Source: Lingula anatina (taxonomy: Eukaryota; Animalia; Brachiopoda). From it: a stretch of 64,000 nt of DNA. Shown piece by piece: positions 38,952 to 54,841 of the stretch (position 1 is its first letter; each line of letters opens with the position of its first letter). The notes under the pieces are model-generated. The model did not search any database and had not been told where the DNA came from. It was given only the letters and a program-made list of their open reading frames with translations. The DNA is taken from positions 17,422,001 through 17,486,000 of the forward strand of contig CM120640.1 of NCBI GenBank assembly GCA_051362555.1, read 5' to 3'. The position numbers were made by a program, and so were the translations under genes.

Positions 38952-41900
38952 TCAAACTGCTGTTATTGAATCTGTATCAGTCTGGTTGTTTTGGTCCAGT
39001 GAAAGGATTTCTATACTGTTTATCCTTAGAAAACACAAATGATCTCGGGATACTGAAAAAGAAAGACTACTTCAGTCTTTGCATTACTACTATAAATGAG
39101 AATATACATAATAATACAGATATGAATAATCTTCAGGTAAAAGATTACTTGCAGATATGTTTAGCACTGAAAGAACAAAGCCAATCAAGTGTTGCAGTAA
39201 TTTGTATTCATTTAAACTATGTAAATTCATTGAAATCATGTTTTTCTTTCAACATTATTAATGCCAAAACAACCGAAGGAACAAATGTGTGAAGTTCACT
39301 GTTGACTGACTTACATTTAAGATTTCTATACTGCTTTCTTCTTTTAAATTTGAAGACTGGTTTCACAACATCTAGTGTTTTTTCAATCACTGTTGCCTCC
39401 ACTCGAACCATGTTTAGACTACAAATGTGAAAATACATGACATTCATTTATTATAGTTTACTAGTATGTGCTTATCATGGCACAGTAAATGTAAGTAGAA
39501 TCATATTTTTCATTTATTACTTTCCCCAAGGTTAATATTCATAATCTATCATCTTAATTTTAAGATGAAGAAACACTGGACTTGTATTTCTATGAACATA
39601 AAACAAACCTGAGTATTGGTCTTCCTATTAGTGTGAAGTTGTTGCCGCCAACCATCATGACCTACATGTGTAATAACAGAAATTGTGGTCAGAATTCTTC
39701 AACAAGTATATATACTGTTAGCTAAGCAATTAATATTAGGGTCACAAATTGGGTGTAATAAAGATTCAACTCAGAATGCATGTAGCTGTCACATTTGTAA
39801 GGGGCCATTTAGAATAGGAAACTAACTAGTCTAAGGGTCAAATATGGCTGACCTACTTGAATACTTCCCCCGGGGATATCTATTCAGTGTTTATTACAGA
39901 TTAGACATCAAGCTTTGTAGTGGGTCACCATATTTGACCCCCGGACTACTTAGTCCCTATTCTGAATGGGGCCTAAGATTTTTGTGCAGAGATTTTAGCA
40001 CATAATTCCTTGTAGTATGTTAACTCCTAATTCTTGTGAGTGAGTCAGATACTGAAATTCCACAATATAACATCCCAATACCCTGTGTAAAATAAATGAT
40101 GAAGCATCTATACATGATCTTTAGTGTGACCATACCTTTTGCAAACGTATCCTGTCACCAACATTGGCTGTGATGTTTGAATTCATCACTAAAGTGTCCT
40201 CTGTAGTCACTTTCCTCTGTGTACCAAACAAGAACACCACAGCAAATAGGCGCCCTCTATTTAAGTTCTGCAGCTCGGTGTCTACCTGGTTAATAACAGC
40301 TGGAAACAAAACAGACACATGTGTACACAAAAACTCAATTCTGACAAAAATTAGCCAAAAACTATATTAAAATATCTTATCTTTTTACCTTTCTTAAAAC
40401 AAACTGAATACATTACTATACAAAAAACTGCCTTTTACATTATGGACAGAAAATGTGAGAAAATGCATGCATTTATTTATTATATTTCACATTCATATTT
40501 AATACGGTAAGGATACAGTGGCAATTCAGAATGATTCATAGGATCATTTATATACAATTATCATAAGCTAGAAAATCCCATTACCTATGTCAGAGGGAAA
40601 TTCTTCATCTTTCTGTTCAGTTTCATGAGGTTCTGCAGCAGTGCTGAACTCTTTATGGCTTAAAAGTGAACAAAAAAAATTTAACATGCATCATGTTTCT
40701 GAAAAGTAACTTTCCCAACATGAAATGCCCAAAACAGGCGTAAACAGACCATCCTAAGTTACACCACCCACTTACAAGATCCACTCAAAATAAAGAAGTA
40801 ATGACCTTTTAAGCAGAAATATTGGTGTATATTTTAGGCATATACTAGTACATGCCCACAGAGATAAAATAATAACAGCAACATAATGCCTTGCTGATGA
40901 CACCACACAGTCTATTTCCATATTTTGCATTATTTTGTCGATGGCATATTGTTGACTGATCTAGACTATGTAGAAGTTGATTTAGGTTTTAACTTCACCA
41001 CTAAATTTTTAACATCATAATTAAAATGGCTGACCGAATGAGATAAAATTAGACATTTCAGTAACTGCATCAACATAGCAGAGCTAGCACAGTCTGTCAT
41101 GCAATCTGATGTACAGTGCTGTGATCTTGATATAAGCAATATGAGATTCTGTGATATACCTACTATAATCATGTCAAAATATTGTTCTCTAGTGACATAT
41201 TCATAATCATTGTTCAAGAACACATTTTAAGTGAATTAAGGCCAAAATGACAAGCACAATCTTGATCAGACACAACGTCTACACATTCCTCTTATGCACA
41301 AAGACATACACACAAACATGTCACACAATAATAAAGGAAAGGATATTTTTGGCCAACTGAGGCTAGAACTTTAAAGATTTGTTCACTTGAGTAAAAATCA
41401 CTGAGCTGAACTTGGATTAAATGATAATGTTAGATTGGATTGGATTAAATGATAATGTTAGATTCATCCCATCCATAATGAACCCAGTGATAAATGATGG
41501 TCCAGAGGTGTTTTCTTTCTGATCTCGATGGTCCTTTCTATGATGGTTTTCTATGTGTTTTTACCTCCTCAGTGTACACTAGGATTTTGTAGGAGCATGT
41601 GTCCAGTCGAGCCATGAAATAAACTATATAAATTACTTACTTTAGTTTTGAATTAAGTAATGTTGAAGCTTTTTCTCGGTGACAGGAGGATGTACTGTAT
41701 TTACAATGTGCTGGGTGGATTGGAACAACTTTACCTAAAGACAAAATATAAGAAAATTACTATTCTGCTTCAATGTTACACTGTTGTGTTGCACTGACTC
41801 GGTTACTTTCATAGTACCAAATAAATTTTAATTTTAAAAATGCTATGCAGGTAAGGCCTCATAACAATCTGTGTTAGAAACTTTCACAACTATATGTGGC

Positions 41901-42769
41901 ATCACATACAAATGGCACACAGAACTGCTAACACTACTGCATCTAGCTGGAATTACAATGTAGCATTAAATTCATGCCTTAGCACTTCTATTAACGATTT
42001 AGATTTATGCTGTGCTAAGGCATGAAAGCAGAGGCCTCAAAGAATGTAAAAGGAAGGCCAGTTTCCTAACCAGCCACAGTACCAGGGCTCTCAAATATTT
42101 ATCTTATCTCTCAGCTCTGTTGATGAGAAAGATAGTTGGTCTTGCAGAAGTGTGAATGCTGAGTGGATGAGATATAAAGTAAAAATTTGAGAGCTCCTGT
42201 ACAGCGACTGGTGCAGAAACTGGTCTCCATATGACATTTTTGAGGAGTTTGCTTTCATATGTTACCACAGCATAGATATCAAAATCATCAATAGGAGTGC
42301 CAATGCGTGAATATCGTGCTAGGCTAGAATAAAAAGAGAGAGAAAGTGAAACGTAACAATTAAACTGGTTCAAGAACCAATGAAAAGTGACTATTTGCGA
42401 ATGATATGCTTCAATGTGCGACGAACGACACACAGATTCCCCAGGATTTGCATATTTATAGCCCCGAGAGTTGGTAACAAAGGGCGTTATTAGGCCAGAC
42501 ATGCGTATCATGTAAAGTTCCGTAAGGCTGAGACCTGAGGGACCAAACCTGAGGCATCGGACTGAGAAAATCTAGCTAGGCAACGCAGAGTAGAGCGTCT
42601 ATTTCGAAAAACGCTTGGATTGAATAAACATTTACTGGTATAAAGTCAAATCTAAAGGTTAAACCATTCGCTTACATTTCATTTGACAAGCAACACTGCT
42701 TCCTGTAAGATTAAGACGCCCAAACTTTCGAGCGATCCGTACAACGTGATTTGCACAGGAGGTTGACAT
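38952..42769 (-). CDS. MRPL21: Mitochondrial ribosomal protein L21 (bL21m), 227 aa
   Basis: Exons 42769-42676, 41734-41641, 40658-40585, 40299-40136, 39661-39609, 39418-39315, 39052-38952 (684 nt). Motifs GRLFAVV..QRKVT..D, GDRIRLQKVMMVGG..FTLIGRP, VRVEATVIEKT, FKRRKQYR, LRINSIEI, plus a basic N-terminal presequence. Confidence 0.95.
39801..39973. mobile_element. Harbinger/Tourist-like MITE with TAA TSD
   Basis: GGGGCCATTTAGAATAGGAAACTAACTAGTC..GGGTCAAATATGG is inverted at the far end. TAA at 39798-39800 and 39974-39976. Confidence 0.85.
41412..41464. repeat. 28-bp tandem duplication
   Basis: TTGGATTAAATGATAATGTTAGATT occurs twice. Confidence 0.9.
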
Positions 42770-43300
42770 CTTGGCATGTGCAAGCGGATGTGATAGGTGT
42801 AAGAATATCATTCGATACATTTCTCCGCCGGAACTGCCTTTTCACTCAACCAGGGCCTACACACCAGAACAAGTTCCCGAAAATTGAATTTTTGGGCAGT
42901 ATCATAAACTCAGATAAAATGAAATTGCACACTGTTTGTATGGAGCTTGCGGAGTCAGTCGAGGATTGCTGATTGCCGAAAAACAAACGAGTAAAGGTCT
43001 CGCGCTGAAAATTTGATGAGAACCAGAAACTCAACAATTGAGATTTTAATTCTACATTCTAAAAAAACTAATTACTGGTAAAGTTTAATTTGTCGTCCTC
43101 CCCGTAAAATATCCAAAATGTCAAAAATGCATCACCCTGCATCACCGATTGGGTCTCACCGATTGTCTTTAGCAACCGAAAACGAGACTAACACATGTAC
43201 ACAATATTCACCCAAGAAACCGTTGTCACATTATCTCGCTTGATCAGGGGAGTCACCCCAGATAGGTAGCCAGTTTCCCCGCAAAAGTTGGTGAGTGTTA
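42770..43300. promoter_or_regulatory. Bidirectional promoter of MRPL21 (-) and SLC25A22 (+), with a non-coding first exon of the carrier ending at 43290
   Basis: CpG-rich island between divergent genes, with TCTCGCG, CCGGAA and GATTGG motifs and a plus-strand donor TTG|GTGAGT at 43291. Confidence 0.7.
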
Positions 43301-44973
43301 ATTGTTGGCAAAATTGTAACACTTGAACAGAAAACGAGTCAAAGAATTTACAAGGTGCCGGTTTCACAGCTGACCTTGAAATTACAATGCACATGTACTT
43401 ATGCATTTGATTTTAATTATCGATGTTCCTCATTAGTCAGTTACATATGTATGTCATGAATTTGATCACTAAATGCTTTTCAAATGAATAAGTTTTATAA
43501 TTGATTTTTGTTCCAAGGCTTCATTTACTTGTATGTTCAGAAGTTTGCAACATATGTTGATTGATAATTTGTATTTTCTAATGATAATTATATAATGTTA
43601 TTTTTACATTATAAAAATTATTATAATGAAGCCTTGGAACAATTTCCACTGGTTATGATGTTTCAGCCGTGCAGTTTTTTTTTTTTTTCTTTACGAAAAT
43701 TGGTCGGTTTGTCATATTTTGCAGACAATGACCTTACATGTATGACTAACACATTTTAACTGTCAGGATCCATCCACATAACCAGACAACAGTTAAGTGT
43801 AATAGTACTGTTATTATCCAGCAGTTACTGTTGTTGGGTCAGACAAATCCAATATTCAGTCATGTTATAACAGTTAAAACTGTGTTGTTAAGCATGTCCT
43901 GACCTAGTTCATGAGCACAGACAGTACATATCAGAATAGGATTAGGAGTGCTAATGCATGAATTTTTGTGCTAGTCCTGACCCTATGACTTTTACAACTA
44001 TAACAATGTATACAGTCTGACCCACTTTTTAGAAGTTGAAAAGTTAACTCACAAAATGCTAAGGTCATGTACAGTTCTGTCGTTTAAGTTAAATATTTTT
44101 TGTGTTATTTTTTTTTCAAAAGTCTAAACTTTAGAAAGTATACCCCCATCAGCCATAAAATATTACACAAATGAGCGTAAGTCAATTTGTTGCTTTGCAA
44201 ACCTCAGGAAAGTGCAATTGGACGAGGCTCAAAATTGCATTATTTACCTAACAAGGTTCAACAAAGTCTATGAATATAACTCTGTTTTCTCTAGACATAT
44301 TTGACAGAATGCATGAGTAGGAATTTATAGAATGATGCTGATACATCAGATGAACTTTGGCATTTAGATTCCAGTTGTGCATTGTGGAGAAACTAATTAA
44401 ATCTATGTGCTTTAATCCATTAAACGAGATATGATGAGGATGATATAATCTTTTTCTAAGGTTTGATGAAGCACATATATTTGCTACATATTCAGACATA
44501 TTGTGCCACTTGATAGAGACGTGGCTTATTACATGGTTACTGAGTGCAATGGTTGTTTGGTTCACTGTGTTAATTGTGACAAAACTTGAATATCAGTTTT
44601 TGTACCCCAGCAGATGTTGAAAGCAAATTATTTAGACATGATGTATCTTGGGTCTTTAGTTGTATTGTAGTAGAAAATCGGTTATACCTGGCAATTAGCA
44701 AGGTGTGTTTGACAGCTTTTCATACTTCTCTTTCATGTATATCACAAATACATCTCACAAACTCCCAGCTGTCCTGTGGTGCATCTGTTACATATAGTAG
44801 TGAAAAATATGAGTTAAAATCTGTTGACATATATGTGATGCATTCTGTTTAATGTACTGAAAATTTGAATTTAAATATGCTGATAGATACTGTATATAAT
44901 AATCAAGTTTATTGTTTGGTTACTTTATTGGTCATATATATCAGTTAGTGTTTGTGTCTGCTCTCTTCTTTAA

Positions 44974-45191
44974 CACCCCATTTCCATAGATTAGATCGAC
45001 CTACTTTAGATCGACCTAACTCCCTGGGGGTTCATGCTAAATAGCTGTCAGCCGGGCGGACACGAAAGTTAATTACCCACTTACAGCTTGTAGTAGGCGG
45101 GATGGACATTTAAGTCAGATTATCTGAAAGTAATCTAGTGAGATTAGATCGATCGGGGATAGATCGATCTAAAATCTATGCGAATAGAGCC
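44974..45191. mobile_element. MITE family A-related, copy 3
   Basis: CACCCCATTTCCATAGATTAGATCGACCTA ... TAGATCGATCTAAAATCTATGCGAATAGAGCC, with TAA on both flanks and the shared GTTAATTACC core. Confidence 0.7.
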
Positions 45192-45607
45192 TAAAACTAC
45201 AATTTCATCAACTGAGCTGACAGGATGTTGGTCTGACTTGCTATCATTTGTATTTATAAAGACAGGTATACGTAATTATAGATGTATACACCTCGCTTAG
45301 CTTATAATTAAAAGTCAAAGCATGCGATATGATGTATAATAGGTAGGAAATAATTAGAGGCTCTGTGTTTGATGTTATGATCACAGAATGTGATATTTAC
45401 TATTTCATATTTACATTATAGGAAGTTTAGGTTCATTAAGGGAGGCCATGATAGTTAACAATCTAGATTTCAAAATTATGTCTGTCTGTAAAAAGAATCT
45501 TTAACATTTTAAATCATCTCCATCTGAGGTAGACCAGATTAATTAAGACCTTATATATTTCAGTTGTTCTTTCTCTTAGATGAATCTGTAGCGAGGAACT
45601 CCCAATC

Positions 45608-48600
45608 ATGGTGGCAGGGACTGTTGACAAACCGCTCACATTTGCGTAAGTTTAACTCACATAGAAAGGTTGGGAAGTGGTAATATCAGTAATGTTGGAA
45701 TTTTGTGTGGGCATTTAATAACAACTTCATTCTTGCACAATCCCAGGGATAGAGTCTACACACCATATTCTCAGTTATTGATGAAAAATAAAATTTTTAA
45801 ACTTAAAACTCTGATTCATATGAAAAGAAAGCACATTTCCTATTTGAAATTAAAAATTAAATAAAATAGTTTGGTATGCATGTTATAATGAAACATGAAT
45901 GAAAGAAGAGAATGAGATGGTCTTGTATATAATTTGCAGGACTTGTGTTTTATTTCAGGGGCATTCCCAAGATTCTCAATGGTGCTATGGCTGGCCTTGT
46001 TGGGGTGACCTGTGTATTCCCAATTGATCTAGTTAAGACAAGGTTACAAAATCAACAAGTTGGGCCCAATGGAGAACTTATGTACAAGAACATGTGAGTG
46101 CACCTTAGACTTTTTCTTTTTGCACCTTAAAATGATGAGTATGAACTGTTACTAAAGACATACAAATATCATAAGATGTGAAACATTTCACATTTGAAGA
46201 CTCTTTTTCAGTGAGTGATTCATAAAAATAAATTTTCTGATCAACTATGGCAATTATAAATTCTGTAAAATATTCCTGCTTTAATACTCAGTTTAAGGTG
46301 TGTACACTACTTGTATATTGGCAGTTAATACCACTTAAGTCTTTTAAAAACTTCAGGCGTGATTGTTTTATAAAGACATGGAGGAACCAGCCGTACCTGG
46401 GCATGTACAGAGGTAGAGATGTTTTCTGATATGGTGTAGTAGGCACCAGGGGTGAATAAAAACTATGACCCTACCTTTAACCTTAGTCACTTCTGTGCCT
46501 CTCTTCTAAAATATAGCAGTTCTAAAGAATTTCTGTATTTTGTATATACTGCACTTATAAGTCTTATTTGTTTATAATTTTTTAAATAAGTAGATTTTTG
46601 TCGTTTTTACAAAAATTTTTCTATAACAAATGCAAAAAATCAACATATTCATGATTTGACAAAAACTGGAAATTCTTTTTTTTTTTTCACTGTTTTTCCC
46701 TGTATGTCTAGTGAAAATGACATTTTGTCAAATAAAATACAAAGTATTAACTGCTTCTTTACGATGTGTGCAACGTTTCAGTGTAAAGTACATGAAGGGA
46801 TATGAAACACTTTGTTCACACTGACAATTTAAGGTCAGAATTGCACAATTTCAACTGTCTGATTACGCAGTTTAAGTTTTGATTTTTCTATGATCTGCAT
46901 GCTTATTTTGTTAACATTTGCATAAGATATTTCTTGACAATTACAACTGTCTGACTCTATAGCAAAAGCATTATTTCTATTAAATAATATTTGTTGGATT
47001 TTCTTCCTTCAGGTGCCGGGGTTAACTTGTTGCTGATAACACCAGAGAAAGCTATCAAACTGGTGTGCAATGACTTCTTCAGACACCGAATGGGAGAGGG
47101 GACGTAAGTTAAAATAATATGCAACAAAAATAGCTATGCCCATTTCAAAATTACTGTGTTAAAAAATTGTATAGAATCAGATGGCAATTTATATAAGAAA
47201 GAAGCATATCAGTTTGTATGTAAGCAGGATGGTTCTAATTTCAGTGGTCAGCTGACATTTTTTGGTGCATTAGTATCTGGTGCTGGTGCAGGGTTATGTC
47301 AGATTGTTGTTACAACTCCCATGGAACTCCTGAAAATACAGCAACAGGATGCGGGACGCATTAACACAGGAGCAGGTAGGAAAATTCTGAGTTGGTAACT
47401 GGGTTCATTGCTTGGAGAGTCTTGCCTTATGTTTTACCTTTTAAATCTGAAATAAAATTTTTAGATAGCCAAAATTTCAGCATAGTCTCATCTAATATGC
47501 TATCCACACCTAACATTTCTTTGTACTGGCACACTGCACATACTGTATAATCAAACTTGCTTCTCAGGAATGCAAATTCGTTTTCGTTTTGATGATTAGG
47601 AAATGCTGCAGCTGTCAATGCCAAAAGAATCACAGCTACACAAATGGCAAAGAAGCTAGTTGCTGAGAAGGGCCTGCCAGGGCTCTACAGAGGTTTCGGT
47701 TCTACGGCCCTCAGAGATGTACCGTTCTCTGCCATTTATTTCCCTCTTTTTGGATACTTACAAAAGCTAGTAAGTTGCACAGAAGTATCGATATTATTTC
47801 CCCATCTGGATTACCAGACCCATTCCTGAGCTGCAGATTTCCTTAGATGATCTTGTTGCTTGTCAAGGTACTGCAGTCTGCTCAACATATGACCTTTACT
47901 TCACCTAATAGGTACCTGTCCATCAACTTATGCTTTCATAGCAAAAAAGGTCTTACCCTTTCTATATAATGTATTTGAGCACATCTAGCAGTATTCAGAA
48001 GCCAGTTATCATTGACCTTTTTAGTTTTCAGCAGTAGTGTAGAGAAATGAGACGACCTTTTTTAATTGCTTGAAAAATGAAGTTAAGGGCATAAGATTTA
48101 GAATCTTGGGATATGTGATATTGCATGAATGTGTTCCTGTTTATTCAGTTTTATATGGCAGTAAAAAAGATAGATAGATAGATATGCATAGCTTGCGATC
48201 ATGCTGCAATAATACAGTTCCCATATTAAGTGATTCTTGTTTTGTGATGTAGACTGTCTTCATTATATTATATCTTATTTCTGTTGTAAGCATCTATTTG
48301 GATCTGTGTGAATTCCCATGCTATTTTCCAGGGGCCTGCTAGAAGGGATGGAAAGCCTGGCACTGTATTTTGGTTCAACTGTTTGTCTGGGATAGTGGCA
48401 GGATCTGTTGGATCTTTTGCAGTCAATCCCATTGATGGTATGTGAAGTCTGTATTGAGCTAAATTTAACACATTTTAAGGTGAAGTAAATAGCACAGGAA
48501 CAAAACGTTGCGACTTGATATGAGAACCAGGTCAACCAGAATTATTGTCATATTCATTATTATATTTTATTATATTTAGTATTATTGAAAGTTTTAATAA

Positions 48601-50336
48601 TAACCTAAAAGTCTTTTGATGTACACCAAACCAATCTTTGTTAAAAAATTCCAATTTTAAAGAGATTACAAATTATATCGTTATTGTACCATTCCCTCAC
48701 TTTCAAAAAATTTAAACTCAGTCAAAACACATCAGAAGAATACAAACATTTTATATCAGCTGATTTCATCTACTCGTAAAAAATATCCTCACAGCATAAC
48801 CTGCAATTAAACGTCCTATGATTTTTGGTGCATTTTGCAATATTATTTTTAATCTGTCAAATGGAGCATTTTGTTTATCAAGAGTGGGGGACAGGTGGGA
48901 AATTCCCTTGGACCCACACATTACACAATAGATGCAAAGGGACTCCCCTTACAATAAAGGCAAAATAAATGTTATTCTAAGCAAAGTCCCTTTTAATACA
49001 TACAATCGACAGAACATTTCCAATACATTTCAGAATGACACCAGAAAGCAAATTTCTCAATTTTGAAATCAATCAGACTGTAAACACAGGCAGGCTTTGT
49101 CAATTTCTACATTTTGTTTATTTCAAACAGCGTGCTTTTCGTGCATGCGCAGTCATTTGTATCCTGTGCTGAAGCAGGTAGGTAAGGAGTGGAGAAAACT
49201 TCTGAATCTGACCTTAAATCTGAAATCCAAATACTGCGTACTAACACATGTACTTGGTCAATTCTTATGAGTTGGAAAACACATGAATGCAAGGAACAGA
49301 GCAAAGCACAGACTATTTGCTTGAATCATGGTTTAAGTCAGATAAAGCACTCTTCATGAAGCTTTATGCAAAACAGAACAGATAATTGTCTCATCTCATT
49401 TTGCCTGTCAACTCTATTTCATGTAAAAAATCCCCAACTAGTATTTTCTCTTTTACAAAATGCACTTTTTTTTGCTCTTTTTTAAGTTACGCTCAGCAGC
49501 CAGTCCTTTATCTACTACCAAGTATGCTTATCTATTTTTTTGTCTCACCAGTTGTCCTCTTAATTTCACTTAAAGCTCTGCAGCTTGTACTTTATTTATT
49601 ACAAATTGCATTTATCTATAAAATGCCATAATTAGAACCATTTTGTGCTTAGTGTCTGTTTATATGTCTGTTTTAGTTCAATTTTGTTATTCCATATTGA
49701 TAGTGCTTTAGTTGTATTCGATTTTAACCTTATATGATTAAGAAATTGTCCAGCTTTACTATTTCCAAGTTGTATTTTATATTTCTTACAGTCGTGAAAA
49801 CCCGGTTACAGACGATAGAAAAAGGAAAAACGGAAGCTTCATACTCAGGAATAAGGGATTGTTTTGTGTAAGTTTTAAGTAGAAAGTATCTTAGACAACC
49901 ATAAGTAAAAATGTGTTAAACTGCACCAAAATGTTTTTATGTATTGAAATGGCCATGGTAGTATACATGTAAGTGGTATCTGGACAATTCTTCTCCCAGA
50001 CAATCCCCCCATTTATAATGAATACCATACTGAGAATGAACAATGTGATATTGGGGATAAAATGTATGTATCCCAGGTAAAGGCAGGTAAATGGGTAATC
50101 TCACTCATTCAGGTATCCCTTTGATGAAATAACAAGGGGGAATTGTCCTAGAATCAGTATAAGTGTATTTTAAACTTTTTTCTCCTTGTTCCAGCAAAAC
50201 CTACCAAATGGAAGGAATGCCAGCTTTTTTCAAAGGTGCTAGCTGTAGGATTCTGGTCATTGCTCCTCTCTTTGGAATAGCTCAAACTTTTTACGAACTT
50301 GGTGTAGCAGAAAGAATCTTGGGATATGACAGATAA
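45608..50336 (+). CDS. SLC25A22: Mitochondrial glutamate carrier (GC1/GC2, SLC25A22/SLC25A18 family), 314 aa
   Basis: Exons 45608-45645, 45959-46093, 46357-46412, 47013-47103, 47245-47375, 47600-47769, 48332-48437, 49792-49867, 50195-50336 (945 nt). Three carrier signatures [18 protein letters not shown] and PIDVVKTRLQ, plus [23 protein letters not shown] and [14 protein letters not shown]. Confidence 0.95.
49975..50155. mobile_element. Degenerate MITE with GGACAATT(C)CCCC-type inverted ends
   Basis: GGTATCTGGACAATTCTTCTCCCAGACAATCCCCCC ... GGGGGAATTGTCCTAGAATC. Confidence 0.55.
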
Positions 50337-51542
50337 AGTGTATTTAATCTGCTGAATGGACACATTTATTAAAGTGAATTTTAATCAATTATTTGATGAA
50401 ATTTATGCATCAGTTACTTAGTATTTTATGTCTGCCAAGGTTAAGCAAGCTTTTTGTTCAATGAACCACATTGCCCTGTGGCAGCTAGTCAATTATTTGC
50501 TCTTCATAGAGTTATTGAATTATTGAAATGAACACAATTACTACAAAAAAAGAATTTTTTGAATTCTTTAATGCTCCAGTTAATATTCTAGTCTAACCGA
50601 CTTCCAAGGTTGAACAAATTCAGGATTCTTCCATTAACTGCTCTTTTATAGCTTGTCATTTTTTTGCACAAGATTGCACTTTTAGCATCGAGTGTACTAA
50701 CAGAATCACAGAAATAAAGCAACACAGAATAAAGTATCATTGTTGATTGTTTATAATAAGAATCTATAATATCCAAACAAGGCTAAGGGCAGTTTGTTTT
50801 AACAGTTTTCAATTCAATTTTCTAGGTAGTGGATTTTCGTCTTTACATTGTATTAAATTGCCCCTGTAGATTGTCATGTAATATGTCTCCCACATCTGTT
50901 ATCAACCAAAAATATTTAATCAACCACAAAAACATAGCCATCTTTCTACTTGGCCAGCACATGGCAAACATTAAATGAACACAACCCTTGTTTTATCAAT
51001 TTTATTGCCATCACCTTTAAGCATTACGATACTAAGAAAATGCTCATCTAGAAACACCATTACTGACATAAATATGAATACAGGTATATACACACTCTCC
51101 TGCTGCACCTTTTTTTATTTATTTATTTATTATCATTAAATTGTCCATGATACCGTTGATTTGCTAATGTATCCATCAATGTACAAAGTGACATAAACAC
51201 CTTTATATACATATGGAAGTTCTACAATTCTAACATCATAATCTGAACATGCAATTTCTTGCCTTTTTTTCACAAACTTGGTTAACTTTCTAATCCACTG
51301 AGAACAATCTGGAACAAAGAAAACGGGCATATAAGCAAAACACTGAATGATATTGAGCAAATTAATTTCATAAAATAATTAAAAGAGTTCTATTTCAGCA
51401 TAAACTTTAGACTAAATATAACTTACAACAATTTATCATAAAGTTATCAGTTGACAAAAAAAAAAAAGATGAATCAAAATATACATTTAATAAAATACCA
51501 AAACCTTAAATACCAGTATTAAGTTCTCTGCCAATTCTTCAA

Positions 51543-54746
<3,204 letters not shown>

Positions 54747-54822
54747 TTTGCTGCTTATTTGTTCTTTCCAGAGTATAAAATATCGGAGAAAATTGCAGAT
54801 CCCTTTCCCAAGATGTCAAGGC

Positions 54823-54841
54823 TGTGTGACTCTCATGTGAC
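54823..54841 (-). promoter_or_regulatory. M-box/CLEAR-like element (MITF/TFEB) in the V-ATPase E promoter
   Basis: GTCACATGA on the minus strand (54833-54841), with an adjacent GTCACACA variant, about 90 bp upstream of the ATG within a CpG-rich island. Confidence 0.7.

Noticed and set aside
38853-38952. SECIS or IRE reading of the hairpin after the MRPL21 TGA stop
   Set aside because: Lacks the AUGA/GA quartet with an apical AA, and the CAGUGN words lack a paired 5-bp stem. The protein is already complete at the TGA.
42104-42511. 135-aa minus-strand ORF in MRPL21 intron 1
   Set aside because: No recognisable domain, and it runs through a polypyrimidine tract; likely a chance ORF.
50112-50122. 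GTATCCCTTT resembling a U12 5' splice site
   Set aside because: It lies inside a repeat in mid-intron, and all modelled introns are ordinary U2-type GT-AG.
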